Source: Nitrosopumilaceae archaeon (GTDB taxonomy: Archaea; Thermoproteota; Nitrososphaeria; Nitrososphaerales; Nitrosopumilaceae). From it: 64,000 bases of DNA. The DNA lies in the NCBI GenBank assembly GCA_965207375.1, contig CBDBMG010000001.1, positions 64,001 to 128,000 on the forward strand, written 5' to 3'. The position numbers were made by a program, and so were the translations under genes. Position 1 is the stretch's first letter. Every line of letters starts with the position of its first letter. The notes beneath the pieces are model-generated. The model did no database searches. It saw only the letters and a list, made by a program, of their open reading frames with translations, and was not told the DNA's origin. Of this stretch, positions 58,691 to 64,000 are shown piece after piece.

Positions 58691-58964
58691 TGTAGCAGCA
58701 TACATTGAAGTTATACAGTGAATAACACGGACTGGCTCGACTCATTGCACACACCTGACCTTATAGTTAGTTATCTCATTTAGTTTTGTAATCATGCTGT
58801 TGTAATTGCTTGTGATCATATTTCTTTTTATCGCTGCTTTGTTCTCTTGTACTTTGTTCTTTTGTATTTACTCTGTATATAAATGCTACATCAGTTTCAC
58901 TATTATGACAGTGGTGTTTTCTGTCAGTATAACTGTTGCGGGAATCTCGGCCGACTTACTTACA
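58691..58964. mobile_element. Solo LTR (Gypsy-type by TSD length)
   Basis: TGTAG...TTACA with 4-bp TSD GTTA; absent at the paralogous site ~14641. Confidence 0.8.
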
Positions 58965-60840
58965 GTTATATAACAAAATAGCTATGCACATGTGGTTGTG
59001 TAATGGTAAGGTGAGGTGATATACAAAAATGGGTTGGCAAAATTAATGTTGTTAATCTAGTGCTATGAAGTGAAAACTATCAGGTGACTATTTGCAATAA
59101 TTTTCACAGAACCAACCCCTTATTTATGAAACTATTTTTAAGAGCTGCCTTTTCTAATAGCTATGACAGATCAGAATCACACAAAAATCATTACACCTCT
59201 CACAATGAAGACCACTGAATAACTTATCACCAAGGTAAACAGTTTAGGACATAAGCCCTGTCTTTAGACGTCTCTGCATGTGCATTTTTATCAAAACCGC
59301 AAATTTTAATTGTGACTTGCTATCAAGATGGGCATCATTTTAACTGAGAAGTAAGATATGTAACTAGTCACCAGATAGCTTTCAGCAGCCAGAGTTAGAA
59401 ATTCATTTTGTGCATTGGTATTCCAAAATTTTCATTCATAAGATGTACAAAATTTCTGTAAAACCTTCAAATAGGAGATTTTGCATTTGAACCAGGTATA
59501 TACTTTACAAGGGCACAATGTTTAATGATTATTTTTTACAAAGGGTGCCAAGTTTGCAGAAATAATCTTCTATGCTTATGTACTTAGTCAGGCTATAATC
59601 TCCTATGCTAGTTATCAATGTGACAAGGCAAAAATGCAGACAGAAGGACAGATAGCTTTTCAGCTTTATATTATCATATAATATTGACATCCTTGAGGGG
59701 AAAGATCACATGATTAGCAAAATATATAACATGGCCTTTTATGTGATTAAAGGTAGTCTGCAATGGAAAAATGACTTGGGCTTATATTTTAGCTTAGTGT
59801 TAGTAATGAAGATTGGCATGTGTAATTTGGTGATATTCCGCTTGGTTTAGCTACTACAGGAGTTTTAGGTTTCTTACATCACACAACATCACATCGGGAA
59901 TAAGAACACGCACGTTTGTATGGAAATGTATGGAATTCGTGTGCTTCTTGGATTATCAGCTAACAAAGAAGCTTATTGGAGCACCTTTGTATTTCTAGCA
60001 GTAATATACACGTGTGGACATCGATAACATCTGTTATAACAGAGCTTTATTCTTAAAACGAGAATTGTGAAAGGCGGACATGTACAAGTGGGCCAGATAA
60101 CTAGCAACCCATGGCTAGTTTTGTCCAGTTTTGTTCACTGTATGTCTGTTGTTCCAATTGCTATGTATTGTCGGATAGAATGGTGTGTTAGTCAGCCTCA
60201 GTCGGCTTTAGCATTTTGATTAGCACAACTACGTGCACTAAATGATTGGAATTTTCCATGTCACACAGTGATGGCAGTGGATCCAGTCTTCCTTATCATC
60301 GCAAGGTTACTATCACACATGGTAAAGACATATACTAAATACAGCAGCATTACTGGAAGTCATGCTTTGCCTGATAAGCCCAAGGGCGAGTGCAGACATA
60401 TCAGACAAAGCATGAGTGTTTGTGTTACAACTATTTTGTATACCCCCGCTATGCATGCATCAGGTTGCGGATAAAGGTAAGCAAAAGGTTTTACATATAG
60501 AGCACAGCATTTACTAAGTCCTGGACTGCACTGTGTTTTGAATAATAAAAAGCACATGTAATTTTCCATTGCAGTCTACCTATAAAAGACTAAAATTTAG
60601 ATTCTATGTGATTAAACAAAACACTCAACATTCTATTGTCTGTACTCACTAGACTGTAGTTAATGATAATTTTAATAAACCTTGTCATACAGTCATACCT
60701 GCTCTTTGCCAAGTAGTGTAATTTACAAGTTTAAGACATGAAATTGTGATACAAAATTTGGCCATCTTTGTATCTCTCTACGCAAAACAAGATGAGTTTT
60801 AGTGCCTTCTGCCAATACAATGTGTGCAATAAAACTTTTT

Positions 60841-61504
60841 TAAACCAGGCGCGCGCCGGCCGAAGGCCGGCGCGCGCCTGGTTTCTTAAAATCACTTCTG
60901 TGCGGATGTATGTGTGTGTGTGTGTGTGTGTCCGCCCCCCGGGCTATTAAAAACTATTCACGTGAAATGAAGTCTGAATAACCTATCAAACAAGTCCTAC
61001 TGCTTTTCAGTTTCTCTGTACGGCACTTGCTATCGATACTGTTGATGGGCGGAGCCTTAGTTACGAAGCGCGTCGTGTGTTACTGCCAAAGAAGAGCAAG
61101 GTAACGCTGTATTTGCCGTTCATTACACGGTAAAAGCCGTTTAACCAGTTGTACATTACCAACAAGACGGAGCTCTTCAGTTTTATAAGTGGGCGTGCCA
61201 TGCGGGTTGCGAAGCTTATAAAAGAAGACTGGCCTGTAGTGCTACAGTAAGAATTTCAGCATAAAACAACTTTATACTACTTTCAAAAAGTTTTATCACT
61301 AAAGTACTGGAGTACAAAGCGGGTTTAAACAGAAGAATTTAATTCGCATGCGTTGCTATGTGTTCCTTAGTGATGAGTCTCTGCTCACGTGACTTATTGG
61401 TAACATCATTAAGAACTATTATAATACATTGAATAACAGTAGATTAACAGTGGTTTAACTTGCACACAGTGCCTGGTTTTTAGATGGTAATACGTCAACT
61501 TGTT
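60841..61504 (+). mobile_element. Full-length family A HINE/DINE-1-like element
   Basis: 5' hairpin AAACCAGGCGCGCGCCGGCC-GAA-GGCCGGCGCGCGCCTGGTTT, (TG)n, and 3' subTIR GCCTGGTTT. Inserted in a T-run without TSD; empty site at ~18011-18016. Confidence 0.85.
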
Positions 61505-62493
61505 ATCTGATGTCACATATACTTGCGGAAGTGACGTTTTGTAACTTTGAAGCTTAATATCTCAATAATACACCATAATTTGATTATAAAAAATGTTGTT
61601 TTGTGCATTGCAAGATTAAATCAACATATCTAACTAAGCAATTCATCTAAAAGTAGACTAGCTCTTTGTTTTGAAAATCCCATATTCACCACCTCTCGCA
61701 CCACTTTTATCATTTTCATATGACTGGCAATGCATTGATTCAGAGGACATGCTCTCTTTGTCACAAACTTGCTAGGAGAGAAGTATAACGATCAAAAACT
61801 AGGCTTTCTTATATTGTGACGTATTCACCTCAATTATAGGTCGTGATATTTGTTACCAAACATATGAAGTTGTATTAATGTATTGGAATATTGGATAACA
61901 TTACAAAAACAATCGCAATGCCCGGGTGAATGTGGAATAAAGGACGTAGATTAGCTGAAGTATAATACTGTATTTCACGATATACATTTGAATTACACAA
62001 ACTGCTCATCTGGAATGGCCACCTGGTTGTATATAGCAGCATGGCAACAAATAAACATTACTAGTGACATTGTTTTGCTTTTTATACTATTAACTGACTT
62101 AAATAACTCACCAAAATGATAGTTTCATGTGCCCAACTTGGATGCACGAGACTACCAACCTAACGACATCAAAATTAAACCCACAATCAAAAATATTTGA
62201 CTCTCATATATAAAGGTTTGGTGAAATCTTTCAAGCGGTATAGTCATTAGAATACAAAAAGGAGTTGTACACTTGGTTATACAACTTTTCCATTCCACAT
62301 GTCAACAAACTGTGCAACATCACATTTGTGGCACTGCATGAGTACATAATTGCTTGAAGGGACTGTACAACTAGGAATTTGTTCAGGATTTCATTTTAGT
62401 TTGTTTATTGATTAAATATTGTTATAGCATAATTGTATTTTATTTTACTCTCAATATATATATTCTAAATTATTGTTGTGTTGTATTCTGTAG

Positions 62494-63927
62494 ATCAAAC
62501 TAATGAAGGAAATGAATTCTTTGTGGGATTTTTTAGAAATCGATTCAGTAGAACTGATGAGCCTGAGGTGATACCTCCAGTTCTCTGGATCACAACTAAA
62601 GAGTCTATGCCAGTCAACTTTGAAGTGTTCACTTTTTATGGTCTTCTTACTAGTGGTGTAACAACTCCTGGAGAAATAACATATGTTGACATACCTCTTG
62701 GATTTGTTGTGTTTGATTCATCTAAAGATAGTGAAACTGATTCGAGGTTTAAAGGAATTTATATTAAAGCACAAGATGACAGAAGGATTATTGTGTTTGG
62801 TCAAAATGAAGAAGTAGCATCCAATGATGCTTATCTAGCATTACCAATTATTTCACTGCCAGCAGGAAGGTCTTATGAGTACATTGCAGCATCAATATTT
62901 GGAGGTTCAGGTACTGTTTCACAAGCTAAAGATAGTGTGGCTCTAATTATTGGAACTGAGAATGATACTGAGATAATCCTTGAACCATCTATTCTCATCA
63001 GGCATCCCTTGGCTGCTGCATTAGCTGGTAGACAGTTTATTCCTGGAACTCCTGTTCAGTTTCGTACTGTAACTATTCAGAGGTTTCAGACATTTTATCT
63101 TCAGGTTCGAGGTGGAGATATATCTGGTACTCGTATAATAGCAAATAAGCCAATATCTGTTTTCTCTGGACATGAATGTGCTAATATTCCATTAGCTGGT
63201 GAGCCTTGTGACATACTGATTGAACAACTTCAACCAATAGATACGTGGGGAACTGAAGTAGTTACAGTTCCACTGAGAACAAGGAATGGTGATGTACTAA
63301 AAGTGTTTGCTTCACAAGACTCTACTACAGTTAATGTTACATATACAGACATCAGTAGTGGCATGGTTACCAGTGATAGTTTTAGTTTCACACTTAATCG
63401 TAATGGATTTAGAGAGTTGGGGGGTACTTCAATAGTGGCCACAGGGGCTATTGATGACTTTGCCTTGATACAGTCTAATAATCCAATTGCAGTATTTCAG
63501 TTTAGCAGAAGCTTTTCAACTGATGATAATATAATATCTGATCCATTTATGTTGTCAGTACCATCTTGTGGACAATATCGTAACAGTTATGCAGTAGCTC
63601 CAGCTCCATTTAATGAAACAATTGAAGGCACTATTTCAGGACGAGTTGCATATGTTAACTATACTAACATAGCAGTACCAGCTGAGTATTTTAATGCTAG
63701 TTTAATAACAGTTAATAATAATCCAATTAATGCCTCAGAGTTTAGGCCAATCAAGAGAGCAGATAACAGCATATGGGGCTATGGAGCACAGTTACTACTT
63801 GATGAAGGAGCTCAAGTGATAAGACATCAAGATCCAAATGCAGCTCTATCAGTAACATTGTATGGATTCAGTAACCGACAGTCATGGGGTTGTACTGGAG
63901 GGACAGGTCTTGCTCCTGATGCTCTTT
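62494..63927 (+). CDS. Large open exon encoding an IgGFc-binding protein N-terminal domain (tandem paralogue; gene continues beyond window)
   Basis: AG/GT-bounded phase-1 exon without stops; GNEFFVGFF, SNDAYLALP, GDISGTRIIANKPISVFSGHEC, EQLQPIDTWG, SNNPIAVFQF and DPFM motifs. Confidence 0.88.
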
Positions 63928-64000
63928 GTGAGTTGTGAACATCTGTTATTGTATGTAAGTGTCACTTATGTCAGTGATCTATAATTTTTGGTAGAACCTT

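Larger units (their letters stand above)
56096..64000 (+). repeat. Segmental duplication, copy 2 (runs off window end)
   Basis: Colinear with ~13940-20803. Confidence 0.92.

Overview
AT-rich, intron-containing eukaryotic DNA. Calx-beta/IgGFc-binding/Sushi receptors, many ~50-bp GT-AG introns and the repeat types suggest a marine invertebrate, probably a demosponge (inference). Host genes: (i) a frameshifted signal peptide-LamG-EGF-LamG-EGF gene (4.2-6.1 kb) and two exons for a basic Ig-like module (11.5 and 13.2 kb); (ii) a disrupted type-I membrane receptor gene, IgGFc-binding-Calx-beta-Sushi-Calx-beta-TM-NPxY (~17.6-52.8 kb); (iii) the start of a tandem paralogue with an open large exon (62.5-63.9 kb), part of a segmental duplication (~13.9-20.8 kb vs ~56.1-64 kb). 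The main feature is an 18.7-kb DNA transposon (25457-44171) in the 27-kb intron of the receptor gene. It has ~145-bp TIRs (TATGGCGCG...CGCGCCATA) and a perfect 6-bp TSD (TGTTTT). It carries a 4-exon IS3/IS481-type DDE transposase and, convergently, a 6-exon SAM-like/CUE/HECT E3 ubiquitin ligase gene, which fits the IS3EU superfamily. The rest is nested MITEs, LINE debris, Helitron/Helentron-type non-autonomous elements, a solo LTR, and an unclassified TC-initiated element family ending in long copy-specific hairpins. All calls were made by eye; no database searches were run.
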